From assembly GCA_977017575.1 (NCBI GenBank), contig CDRNVI010000009.1, positions 620,001-684,000 of the forward strand: a stretch of DNA of 64,000 nt. The letters are read 5' to 3'. The position numbers were made by a program, and so were the translations under genes. The notes under the pieces are model-generated. The model saw only the letters and a list, made by a program, of their open reading frames with translations. It was not told the origin of the DNA and did not search any database. Shown piece after piece: positions 17,652 through 28,169 of this stretch (position 1 is the first letter of the stretch; each line of letters starts with the position of its first letter). The DNA is from Paramoeba atlantica (Eukaryota; Protista; Discosea).

Positions 17652-18236
17652 GGGGATGTTTTTTGGCTAAGTTTATTTTCTTGCAAATTTACTCTTCATT
17701 TGTTTTTTTTCTTCGATCACCTTCACTCACTTTACTTGCTGTTATTTGATTCTTGCTTTTTTCTGTTTTGCTTTACTCACTTTAAATCATTAAAGTAACG
17801 TGTATTGCTGTTGATGGATCCACAATTAAAGTATGCCAGTTTTTCATCTGTCTCACGTTATTGTTTCTATTTACTTTGCTTTGAAATTTTGTGAATTGTT
17901 GTCTATAATCATAGAAGCTGGTAAGCTATTCGTGATTAGTTTTGCCAATAGAATGCAGTTGACTTTTCAGAGTGTCGAATTTATCTTTACATACAGTATA
18001 GGAAAATATTTATTCCTGGCATTTTCGACCACTTGCTCTTTTTTCAATAGAATTCCACTTCTTTAATATTACCGGATAAGAGATTAAAGATACTTTGTAT
18101 ACGCGATTCGTGTTTCCCTATTTCATTAAATTTCCACCATAACTCCCGTCCTTTCAACTTGTTTCTCAACCTTTATTCTATACATTATTCTTATACATTA
18201 TTTTACGACTCTCCTAAATACCGCTTTCCTACCCCT

Positions 18237-18506
18237 ATGTCTCGTAAAGAGAAAGACCTCTCCAACAAGAAAGAGGACGTTGTGCTCCAGCAAGGAGACC
18301 ACGCGCGACTGGCGCAGGTTATTGAGGTTCTGGGCCGTACGGGAAGTCGCGGGGGTGTCACCCAAGTACGCGTCAGACTCCTTGCCGAGGATGGATCGTT
18401 ACAGGAGAGCGGACGCACGATTATTCGAAACGTGAAAGGGCCATGTCGAAAAGACGACGTGTTGGCACTCATGGAAACTGACCGAGAGGCACGGAGGTTA
18501 AGGTAA
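18237..18506 (+). CDS. RPS28: 40S ribosomal protein S28 (eS28)
   Basis: [22 protein letters not shown]...[10 protein letters not shown]...[16 protein letters not shown], with a kinetoplastid-style insertion. Confidence 0.95.
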   Translation: MSRKEKDLSNKKEDVVLQQGDHARLAQVIEVLGRTGSRGGVTQVRVRLLAEDGSLQESGRTIIRNVKGPCRKDDVLALMETDREARRLR

Positions 18507-18803
18507 AAAAGGTAAGGGACTAAAACACACAGAACGTTGAAGAAACGGAAAGGACTCACCGAGGAAGGTAAGAAAAGGAGGCGTGTTTTGCCTGTCGAAA
18601 AAATGATTTTTGTTGCGTGATCTGAAGCGTAAGAATCATGTGACATTTAATAAAATGTAAAAATTATCTAAAAATGATTTACAAATGAGCATTTAAGCTG
18701 CATGGTATGTAGTTGCATTGATTTTTAAAAACAATGAAAACAATGTAGAACCGTACATTTTACTGCACTTAGGTTTCTATTTTATTTCGCATAGAGAAAT
18801 TTT

Positions 18804-19505
18804 ATGCTTGAAGCCGGGAATACTACCTTGAAGCCGGGAATACAGCTCTGTACGTCACCTAAAAATGGGGACTCTGAGATTAAAAATTCCCCACAGATAG
18901 TGCCATCACAATCTACGACGACGACAAGTGAAGCCCTTCGATCCCACATTGCTTCGTCTTGGACTTTGGAAAAGGACGCTCAGGATTCTACCCCAAACAC
19001 CAATGATTTATTTTCACGCCTTCAGCACGCTTACGAACAAGTAGTAAATCTTTTGTTCAGGTACGACGGAACTTTGCTTACAGAACAAGATACTACGGGC
19101 ACTGTTTTTGTTAATCAACTGGAGCAGGGGGTAGAATTACTCGAATCAACATTAAAACAGGTTGCACACCATCATTTGACGCGGCCTTTACAATTGTCCC
19201 CTGCTTCACACGAAGGAACTGACAAACACGCCAAAGACAGCACTACGCCTGAACAACAAGAGCTCCTACAACAGGTGAGACATCTTGTTACGTTTTTAGA
19301 GGGCAACTGCAACGAAGTGCAGGCACTCGTGGATGGGGTGACTGCGTTTTCACCAGTGGCAGGTGCAGCCGAACGTGTTGGTTCACCAGAAAATCTCTCA
19401 TCCAGACATTACACCTCACACGGCCGTCGCACCACAGAGAATCAAGATTTTACCCCAGGACCCCTACGACATCCCCATTTGTCACGCAGCCAGGGTTATT
19501 TTTGA
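18804..19505 (+). CDS. Hypothetical protein (233 aa), partly helical
   Basis: Long ORF in the + strand cluster; no motif recognised. Confidence 0.5.
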   Translation: MLEAGNTTLKPGIQLCTSPKNGDSEIKNSPQIVPSQSTTTTSEALRSHIASSWTLEKDAQDSTPNTNDLFSRLQHAYEQVVNLLFRYDGTLLTEQDTTGTVFVNQLEQGVELLESTLKQVAHHHLTRPLQLSPASHEGTDKHAKDSTTPEQQELLQQVRHLVTFLEGNCNEVQALVDGVTAFSPVAGAAERVGSPENLSSRHYTSHGRRTTENQDFTPGPLRHPHLSRSQGYF

Positions 19506-19660
19506 ATAAGATCCATAAATATTTATTTTGAATCCTTTATCAGCAACAAACAGTATTTCCTTCCTTATGACAAAACCAATGCCCGACGAATTCAAAAACG
19601 AACCACCTTTTTTCGCTTAACTTACCTTTTTTTACCCTACATCCTTCTCTTCCCCCTTTC

Positions 19661-22600
19661 ATGAGCACTCCAATCTACCCTACCGACACAACAAAAAAAT
19701 CATCCCCATCCCATACCCCATACCAAGAAACCAATCCAAACAACAACAGCAACCACAACCCGCCCATCAACAACAAAAAGGAAAAGAACCACAAAACGAG
19801 TCCCCCATCCCAGGAGAACACAACCCCACAAAACAGCAACCCCAGCAACCCCAACAACCCCCACAACCCCCACAACCCCAGCAACCCCAGCAACCCCCAC
19901 AAAACCGTAACCCCCCCCGACCCCCCCCCCGACCCCCACCCCCCCCTCGTCCCCTTCCTCTCCCTCTTCCGCCACCGCGACCCCACGGACACCGCGCTGC
20001 TCGCGCTCGCCTCCGCCGCCGCCCTGGCCAACGGGGCCGCCATCCCCGCCTTCTCCGAGATCTTCGGCCACCTCCTCGACGAGCTCGCGGGGACCCACTC
20101 GCTCGCAGAGGTCGGGCCCCGCGTCTCCGCGTGGTCCGGGCTCCTCGCGGCCGTCGGCGCCACCACCTTCGTGCTCTCCTTCATGGAGGTGGGGCTGTTC
20201 ATGCTCGCCGCGGAGCGACAGATCCGCCGGGTCCGGCAGCGCTACCTCCAGGTCGCCCTGCGACAGGACATGGCCTTCTTTGATGCGGTCACCCCGGGGG
20301 AGATCGGGTCCCGGCTCGCGGGGGACACGAGGCTGATGCAGGCCGGGATGGGGGAGAAGGTGGGGCATGTGATTCACCACGGGGCGACGTGTGGGTTCGC
20401 GCTGGCGTTTGGGTTTGTAAAATGCTGGCCGCTGGCGTTGATTGTGTTGTCGATGATGCCGCTGCTTGCGGGATCCGGTGCGGCGCTGGGGAAGGTGATC
20501 TCGCGGATGTCGAAACAGTCCCAGGAGGCGTTTGCGCAGGCGGGGACGGTGGCGACGCAGGCGATGGAGAACATTCGTACCGTGCACGCGTTTAATGCGG
20601 TTCCGTGGGAGATGGCGCGATTTCGAGCCCATTTGCGGAAGGCGCGAAAGCATGGGATACGGAAGAACATTTTCACGGGTCTCACCTCCGGGATGGTGTA
20701 CTTTATTATCTTCAGCTCCTACGCGCTGGCGTTTTGGTACTGCACCCGACTGATTCGCGATCAACGCTACACTCTGGGGGAGATCGTCGCGTGCTTCTTT
20801 TCTGTTGTCATTGGTTCGTTTGCGATTGGCATGATGGCACCTCCGATGACAGATATTGCCACAGCCCGTGGCGCCGCGTTCCGTATTTTCGAGACTCTGG
20901 CACGCCAGCCGGCGATTCGTGTGGAGGAGGATCCGCACTCCAAAGAGGAAAACGTCAGAAAGGTCCTTCCCGAGCTCCAGGGACGTATCCGTTTTAAAGA
21001 TGTGCAGTTTGCCTACCCCTCCCGACCTACACAAACCATTTTTGCAAGCCTCAACCTTGACATCCCGGCGGGATCTTCCATTGCACTGGTTGGACCCTCA
21101 GGCACCGGTAAATCCTCCATCGTGAGTTTAGTCCAACGTTTCTATGACCCCCAGGGCGGGGAAATTTTGATTGATGACATCGCGCTACCCGAACTCCCTT
21201 TGCGTGCGTGGCGCGGTCATGTCGGGGTGGTCTCCCAGGAGCCTTCCTTATTTTCCGGGACCATCCGAGAAAACATCCTCGCAGGTCGTCCCGATGTCAC
21301 GAATGAGCAACTTATGGATGTGTGCAAGCAGGCGTACATCCATGACACCATTATGAAACTCCCATCACAGTATAACACTTTGGTAGGCTCACTAGGCTCC
21401 CAGCTCTCTGGGGGACAGAAGCAGCGCATCGCGATTGCTCGAGCGCTGTTAACAAAACCGAAAGTGCTGCTGCTCGATGAGGCGACCAGCGCGTTAGATC
21501 GTCGCAGTGAGGTTATTGTGCAAAAAGCGATTGACACGCTAATGGCGAGTACCCAATGTACCCGTGTGGTGGTCGCCCATCGACTGGCTACGATTAAGGA
21601 TTGCGATCATATTTATGTGTTTGATCGGGTGAGTACACCAGCCGCGGGGGTAGAAAAGGATAAAGAGGGGATGGAAGACACGGAGGAACTCAAGACAATA
21701 AGCTCTACGGAAATTGTCGAACATGGAACCTACGTGGAGTTGCTGGAAAAAGGCGGTGTGTTCGCGGCAATGGTTCATGCACAAACGAAATCGGATGCAA
21801 GACGGGATCGTATGGAGCAAACAACAGCACAAACTCAACCGGTTCAAAAAATCGTTGAAACAGCGAAGGAAATAGTCGCAGAACAAAAGAAAGAAGAAGG
21901 AGAAGAAAACGATCTTCTGGAGGAAACCTGCGAGGAGTCGTCTGCTAAATCAATGGCTCCTCCCCAACCGAAATTTTCTATTCCTTATCTTCGCATCGCG
22001 CGTCTGTGCCGTCCCGAGTGGTGGGCCCTTTCACTTGGAAGTCTCGGCGCCCTTGTCGGCGGGGCCGTCTACCCCTTCTACGCCGTGATCTTTAGCCAAA
22101 TGATGACGGTGCTCTCCCAAAAGCAAGGCGCAGAGCTCGAGCGTGAGGGTCCGTTCTGGGCGATGCTCTTTTTAACCATTGCAGGTGGCAGTCTCTTCGC
22201 CCATTCCTTCCAATTTGGCTTCTTCGGCTATGCCGGGGAGAAGCTCACCGAGCGACTTCGTATTTCGTTATTACGAGCTCTTCTCCACGCGGAGGTTTCA
22301 TTCTTTGACACCCCTGGGCATGAGCCCGGGGCTCTGGGAGCGATTCTGGCCGGGGATACGGAGTCCATTCACTCGTTATTTGGTCCCGCAATCGGGTTAC
22401 GGATAAGTATGGCCTCTACGCTCGCGTGTAGTCTTGGGATTGCATTTTACTACTCGTGGAAACTTGCGCTCGTTTGTATGGCCATGGTCCCTGCCGTTGT
22501 GGTGGCCGGACTCGCTAATATGGCTATGGTCGGGAGTTCATACGATTCGGGGGACCAGGACGCGTTGGAGAAGGCAGGCACGATTGCGCATGAGTCCACA

Positions 22601-23866
22601 GCCAATATTCGCACCGTACAAGCGTTTAATATGTATGGCTGGGCGCATGACAAATACGCAAAATGTGTGGCAGAGCGCGAGCGCATTGGAAAACGCAGCG
22701 CGCTGTTCGCGGGGGGAATGTTTGCGTTTGGTCAGTTTGTGATGTTTGCTGCGTTCGCAATGTCGTTCTGGTATGGCGGAAAGCTGATCTCGGCCGGGGA
22801 GAAGGATTTCCGGGCCGTGATGATTTGTTCCATGGCGATTGTGATGGGTGCCATGGGTATGGGGGAGAACTCTGCATTGGCGACCAAGCACAAGGATGCA
22901 GAGGGATCGGCTCGAAAAGTGTTTGGGTTGATTGACAGGAATCAAGGTTTGTCTGAGATTTCAGGAGAATCAGCGAAGGAAAAGGAGGGCACTGATAAAC
23001 TATTGGATAGCGAGGAGAGTAAGATTGAATTTTGTAATGTTCACTTTGCCTACCCTGCACGTCCAGAAACCCCTGTGCTACGCGGCATATCCTTTTCTAT
23101 TCCTCGCGGAAAGCATTTAGGTATTATCGGTGCCACGGGATGCGGTAAATCCACGATTGTTCAGCTGTTAATGCGTTTCTATGAGCCTTGTCTGGCGCGA
23201 GGCAAAGGGGCGCAGCAAGCAATAACGGAATCAGCCTCGAAAAGCGACAACCTGCCGGACTTTTCCGGACGTATTCAACTCAAGGACTGTAATTTGCGTG
23301 AGCTCAACCGAACTTGGTGGAGGGAACACATTGCCATGGTAAATCAGGAACCTGCTCTTTTCGAGGGGTCGATCCGAGACAATATTGCCTATGGTGCCCG
23401 TGAGAACACCGATCTGAGTCACGTCTCTTTGGAAGAAATACAAAAAGCAGCGCGAATTGCACAATTACATGAGGAAATCATGGCCATGCCGGAGCAATAT
23501 AACACCTTAGTCGGCACACGCGGCTCAAAACTCTCAGGGGGACAGAAACAGCGAGTTGCTGTGGCTCGTGCGTTAATACGTCACCCCAGTATTCTTGTGT
23601 TAGATGAGGCCACTAGCGCGCTGGACAGCTCAAGCGAGGCAAAAGTCCAGCAAGCGTTAGAGGCCGCAAGAGCAGAATTAGGGCTCACGGTGGTCACTAT
23701 TGCCCATCGTCTCACGACAGTACGCAGTGCTGACTGGCTGATCGTGCTGGAGCAGGGGGTTATTATCGAGCAGGGGACACATGAGCAGCTCATGGCGCGA
23801 CGGGGTGATTACTATGAGAGGTATGTGCAGTACCACACAGCTCCTGGGACCCCGCAACATAAGTGA
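19661..23866 (+). CDS. ABCB1: ABCB full transporter (P-glycoprotein/MDR1-like)
   Basis: Two TMD-NBD halves; Walker A GPSGTGKS and GATGCGKS; LSGGQKQR signatures; LLDEATSALD. Confidence 0.95.
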   Translation: MSTPIYPTDTTKKSSPSHTPYQETNPNNNSNHNPPINNKKEKNHKTSPPSQENTTPQNSNPSNPNNPHNPHNPSNPSNPHKTVTPPDPPPDPHPPLVPFLSLFRHRDPTDTALLALASAAALANGAAIPAFSEIFGHLLDELAGTHSLAEVGPRVSAWSGLLAAVGATTFVLSFMEVGLFMLAAERQIRRVRQRYLQVALRQDMAFFDAVTPGEIGSRLAGDTRLMQAGMGEKVGHVIHHGATCGFALAFGFVKCWPLALIVLSMMPLLAGSGAALGKVISRMSKQSQEAFAQAGTVATQAMENIRTVHAFNAVPWEMARFRAHLRKARKHGIRKNIFTGLTSGMVYFIIFSSYALAFWYCTRLIRDQRYTLGEIVACFFSVVIGSFAIGMMAPPMTDIATARGAAFRIFETLARQPAIRVEEDPHSKEENVRKVLPELQGRIRFKDVQFAYPSRPTQTIFASLNLDIPAGSSIALVGPSGTGKSSIVSLVQRFYDPQGGEILIDDIALPELPLRAWRGHVGVVSQEPSLFSGTIRENILAGRPDVTNEQLMDVCKQAYIHDTIMKLPSQYNTLVGSLGSQLSGGQKQRIAIARALLTKPKVLLLDEATSALDRRSEVIVQKAIDTLMASTQCTRVVVAHRLATIKDCDHIYVFDRVSTPAAGVEKDKEGMEDTEELKTISSTEIVEHGTYVELLEKGGVFAAMVHAQTKSDARRDRMEQTTAQTQPVQKIVETAKEIVAEQKKEEGEENDLLEETCEESSAKSMAPPQPKFSIPYLRIARLCRPEWWALSLGSLGALVGGAVYPFYAVIFSQMMTVLSQKQGAELEREGPFWAMLFLTIAGGSLFAHSFQFGFFGYAGEKLTERLRISLLRALLHAEVSFFDTPGHEPGALGAILAGDTESIHSLFGPAIGLRISMASTLACSLGIAFYYSWKLALVCMAMVPAVVVAGLANMAMVGSSYDSGDQDALEKAGTIAHESTANIRTVQAFNMYGWAHDKYAKCVAERERIGKRSALFAGGMFAFGQFVMFAAFAMSFWYGGKLISAGEKDFRAVMICSMAIVMGAMGMGENSALATKHKDAEGSARKVFGLIDRNQGLSEISGESAKEKEGTDKLLDSEESKIEFCNVHFAYPARPETPVLRGISFSIPRGKHLGIIGATGCGKSTIVQLLMRFYEPCLARGKGAQQAITESASKSDNLPDFSGRIQLKDCNLRELNRTWWREHIAMVNQEPALFEGSIRDNIAYGARENTDLSHVSLEEIQKAARIAQLHEEIMAMPEQYNTLVGTRGSKLSGGQKQRVAVARALIRHPSILVLDEATSALDSSSEAKVQQALEAARAELGLTVVTIAHRLTTVRSADWLIVLEQGVIIEQGTHEQLMARRGDYYERYVQYHTAPGTPQHK

Positions 23867-24282
23867 ACGACATGAACAAATGTTACACGTCTCACATTTT
23901 GAGGGCAATCTTCTAAAAATTCTTCTTTTTATTGAATCTTTTTTGGCAACAATGTTTCAGAAGAACTTCAATGTTTTTGATATTTTACGAACTTCATTAT
24001 TTCGACTAGTTTTTGCTTCAGTGCTCTTTTGCTTGTTTTCTTCTTCTTGAAACATGGAAGTTTCGTATACTTGAACCCCCCAAGTGCGGACACCCCGCTT
24101 TTTTATAAGAATGATAAAAGAATTTTATTCGCTGCATAGTTTAAGCCTTTTCTTCATGCAATGTGCTAATTAATTTCAAGATGTGCTCTGTTTTAAAAAG
24201 GAACGACACCAAACAGGTCATAAAAAGATATTTGGATAATATTTCCTATAGTTTCAAGGGGTGTTAAAACTCTTTCCACTAA

Positions 24283-27222
24283 ATGCGAAACTATAGTGCC
24301 TTTGAATTTCTAGAATGGGCTTCCAATTCTCGTGACTCGAAACCATTTGAGTTCCTTGCTAATGACTTAGCGAATCAGTCGGAGATCTTACACTCATTGC
24401 TGGACGTATTGTCTACGAGGGACCTTCCACCCGAATGTGAGCGAACAGCAGAATCTAGTTGGACGAATTACCGTCAACTATCTGGGTTGATTTTAAAGAA
24501 CCTCGTGAACACATGTTCTACAAACCTACCAAACGAGGTTTTACCCTGTCTTGGAACAACTGCACTTCATTTATTACAATCTGACACGCCTTTACCCGTG
24601 TTAAAGTCAGTTGCTCAACTTATTGTTGCATTGACGAAGAAATGCGGAACGGATTACTGGAGGTCATTACAACCATCTATTGACTTGCCTCAGGTAATTT
24701 GTGCGAAAGTAGCCTCAGAAGCGTTTCATGTATATCCTGTGATTCGCTATCTTTTGGAGGATTGTCATGAACAGCTCGGAATACAGTGTCGTAGTTTACT
24801 CTTTAAATTACGTGATCAGATCTATCTATTGGATTACAAGGCGCTTGAAGTTCTGGAAGCCGCTTTTGAAGCTGCAAACGACTTATTTTGGCCCGAGCTT
24901 CGGGATGAGTATTCACCTTTTCAAAGATGCGTTTCAGAGGTGTCTGTAGGGTGCGCCAGTGCGCTCAGTCCTATTCTGCAGGATCCTCGCATACCATTTC
25001 TGACCCGTCGTTCAGTTCTGAAGCTCATGACTGGAATTTTACCCTTTCGGGACATTATTTCTGTCTCACCTGAGCATGCTGCGCTATGGACTCTATTCGC
25101 TAAAGCTCATGCGGAATATACTGCGGAAGACGAGTTTCCATTTTATATTGAAGCGTGTGGGTTTATCACTCAAGTGGCAGAACATATTCAGAATTTTGAA
25201 GAAGATCCATCGCAGGCACTACATGACCCCTTTTTTCGCGCCTTGACACCCGACATCATCAAGGAACTGATTCCGACACTGTTATCTCGGATTCCCTTTC
25301 TTGAAGATGAGGTAGAGGAACTTTTGGAAGCCGATAGCGCGGACATTCGAGACAGTATGATCGACGCCAGCGGTCGTGAAGACAGCCAAGCTCATGACAG
25401 TAAGTTCACCATTGGCGAAGTTGAAAGCAGCACCCTTCGACGTCAAAGTCTTCGCACACTCGAGGCACTTACGTTCGCCAATCCTCCGGCCGCATACTCC
25501 GCACTGTTTCCCACGACGCTTGAAAAGCTGTTTTCTATCCCTTTGTCGGATTGGTTGGCTTTAGAAACCTGTATTATCATCTTGTGTTCTTCTCTACAAG
25601 GTTGCTACGCATTTCTTCGCCCTTCCTTACCCCGTGTGATCGATCGACTCTGTGAGCTCGCCGTCGCAGACCTCTCCCCTCTACTTCGTTGTTCGGCCTG
25701 TTCCGCTCTTTCTTGTTCCATAGATTACTTCCTCTCCGATGGCCAGCCACAACTGCCGCATTTGTTTTCCGTTCTCCTACAATGTGCCTCCTCACAAAGC
25801 AAGCGATTACAACGCACCGCCCTGGCTGCTCTGACCCACGCCATCCTAAAACTGACCCATCACAACCCCTCGTTGCTCCCCTCCACGAACCTGTGCAGCG
25901 CCATTTTAACCCAACTCCCCCCCCTGGTACTCCACTACCCCACCAACAGTCTGTTCCACGCCTTCACGCTCCTCGAGACGATTTTACAATTGTACCCCTC
26001 CTATACCGAAACACAAACGACGCGCGAAATCCTCAACGCTCTTTTCCAACGTATCGAGACCGCGCAACATGAATTTTCGCGTAACCCCGAGTCGCTGCAG
26101 GTCACGGAAATGCTACGCACCATGGGACCCCTTTCACGGTTGCTCCAATCGCGCCTTCCCCTCCCGGATTCCCACCCACTCGAGCCACTGCTTCAGACCT
26201 GCTACCGTTGTATCTTTTTTCACCACAGTAGGAATCCACAAGAGAACCCTAAAAACGAAATCAGTAATAAAAAAGAACAACGACAGGTGGACACCGATTA
26301 CCTCACCTATCCGTTACGTGTGGCCTCCGTGGTTTTGCGAACCCGGCCGGGGGAATTCTTAAATATGAATCAAAATAAGAATCATAATAATAAGAATCAT
26401 AATAATAAGAATCATAACATTCAAAATAACAATCCCAACACCGTTGTGATGGATGAAACCCTCCATGACCAGGTCCTTCGCTATGCGTTACAACAAGAGG
26501 ATCCGAAGGGTTGGGTCGAGGGGTTTCGCTATCTTACAGCCTTATGTGCGAACGACACCCCGAATGAGTTTTTCGTTAAAAACTTTGTCCACGACGACAT
26601 CGAACGCAATCGGCCCTCCTACGTCGCGCTGCTACGGGGGTGTATGACCCGCGACGGGGGGTACGCGATGGGGGAGGCAGTCGGGTGTCTGGTGGAGTGC
26701 TGTCGCGGGTTGCGGGGGAAACTCCCGAGCGGGTTTGTGGTGGCCGTTGTGGAGCCGCTTTTCCGGGTTCTCACGGAACATAGCGGAAAGAAGGATGCGG
26801 CGCTGGAGACGTGGATTCCGGCCTGTGCGCAGAGCTTTCTCGCGGTTCCGGAGGAAGATTTGGGGAAATGGGTGCGTGCTAGCCCCGAGGGTTCGGGAAT
26901 GTGGCAACTTCGGGTGCTGTTGCTCAACCGTGTGTTGGTACAACTTCCGAATGATCGGGAAAAAGGTGATGCGGTGCGAGGGGTGGTGACGTTGTTGCCC
27001 TACCTCTCGCTACAAGACCAAAAGGGCGTGCTTCGTTCGATGCTTCTTGTGGCACTTTCTTTTCATAGTTCTATTCAAGCGTTTCCGGATTTGCGGCAAA
27101 GCATCGCAAGGTATGTATCCCTTTTGATCGAGCATCCTGTGATGAGTAGTTTCGCGCGTGAGGAGGTAGCGAGATGCTCGAGTAAGAGCTTTGAAATACA
27201 GCAAATGTATGGTCTGAGATGA
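24283..27222 (+). CDS. Importin-beta family HEAT protein, transportin-1 (karyopherin beta2)-like
   Basis: Acidic loop EDEVEELLEADSADIRD, then LRRQSLRTLEAL and DWLALETCIIILCSSLQGC, similar to transportin WNLRKCSAAALD and W..RE.GILALGAIAEGC. Confidence 0.7.
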   Translation: MRNYSAFEFLEWASNSRDSKPFEFLANDLANQSEILHSLLDVLSTRDLPPECERTAESSWTNYRQLSGLILKNLVNTCSTNLPNEVLPCLGTTALHLLQSDTPLPVLKSVAQLIVALTKKCGTDYWRSLQPSIDLPQVICAKVASEAFHVYPVIRYLLEDCHEQLGIQCRSLLFKLRDQIYLLDYKALEVLEAAFEAANDLFWPELRDEYSPFQRCVSEVSVGCASALSPILQDPRIPFLTRRSVLKLMTGILPFRDIISVSPEHAALWTLFAKAHAEYTAEDEFPFYIEACGFITQVAEHIQNFEEDPSQALHDPFFRALTPDIIKELIPTLLSRIPFLEDEVEELLEADSADIRDSMIDASGREDSQAHDSKFTIGEVESSTLRRQSLRTLEALTFANPPAAYSALFPTTLEKLFSIPLSDWLALETCIIILCSSLQGCYAFLRPSLPRVIDRLCELAVADLSPLLRCSACSALSCSIDYFLSDGQPQLPHLFSVLLQCASSQSKRLQRTALAALTHAILKLTHHNPSLLPSTNLCSAILTQLPPLVLHYPTNSLFHAFTLLETILQLYPSYTETQTTREILNALFQRIETAQHEFSRNPESLQVTEMLRTMGPLSRLLQSRLPLPDSHPLEPLLQTCYRCIFFHHSRNPQENPKNEISNKKEQRQVDTDYLTYPLRVASVVLRTRPGEFLNMNQNKNHNNKNHNNKNHNIQNNNPNTVVMDETLHDQVLRYALQQEDPKGWVEGFRYLTALCANDTPNEFFVKNFVHDDIERNRPSYVALLRGCMTRDGGYAMGEAVGCLVECCRGLRGKLPSGFVVAVVEPLFRVLTEHSGKKDAALETWIPACAQSFLAVPEEDLGKWVRASPEGSGMWQLRVLLLNRVLVQLPNDREKGDAVRGVVTLLPYLSLQDQKGVLRSMLLVALSFHSSIQAFPDLRQSIARYVSLLIEHPVMSSFAREEVARCSSKSFEIQQMYGLR

Positions 27223-27371
27223 ATGCAAAAGATGCATCCGCGGAGCTTGCTGAGTGTATTCAGTAGGTGTTTAGTTGATATCTGAAATTTCATGTATGTG
27301 GTATAAAGATGTCCAAGTATTATGGTAGAGTATAGTTTTTCGCATGAATCATAGGACACTATGCAGTTGTC

Positions 27372-27995
27372 CATTGCCATCCGGTGCCATGCGCTGCCAT
27401 CCAGTGCCATCCAGTGCCATCCAAAACGGAGATATGAGCGAGGACCGAAGACCTTTTTTTTGATTTTGAGGACCGAAGAACTTTCCATTTCCGCCAGATG
27501 TTGTAGGACAAGTGATGGCCATGATACAGTATGAAAAAGCGGCTAATGTCGGATTCAATTGTACTCATTTTTCAAAAACACGTCTTTTCCTTTCCTTTTG
27601 TAAAATAAGATATTTTCTCGGTCTCTTCTTGCGCGTTCTCTGTCATGTACATGTGCGGACCTGAGTTGAATTTTAAAGTGAAAGCATGATGGAGACACAC
27701 CAAAAACTTTTGAAGATTTTTTGCGTTGTGACCGAAGAGAAATGTCTTCACGATCACGAGGGTGGGAAAGTTCTTGACTCTGTTTCCAGTATTTGTCGGA
27801 GGCGATGTAAGCACGTAAGTTTCAGAAAAAGATTGTCTCGATTACTTCCTTACTTTTATTCAGATGTGCGCAAACCGTCCCACAAATTTTAGTTTTGGTT
27901 ACTTGTAGTGCACAAGTTTTTTAGTACACAAGTACATAACTTTTTTGGACACAAAAATTAGTCATCCAGTGCCATCCGCTGCCATCCAGTGCCAT
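27372..27995. repeat. Two clusters of 10-bp GCCATCCAGT repeats bracketing ~540 bp
   Basis: About 5 units at 27372-27423 and about 3 units at 27960-27995, same orientation. Confidence 0.7.
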
Positions 27996-28169
27996 ACAAA
28001 TCTTCATAGTGTCCATAGAAATAAAAATTAACTCGTGTGAGCGGCCCATACATTATAAATTATAATGTAAGGTATTATAATAATATATATTATACATATA
28101 ATGTATGGTATTATAATAATACCATCAGCGCAATACTTTTTGATTTTACACTTTATCACCGAATTTCGT

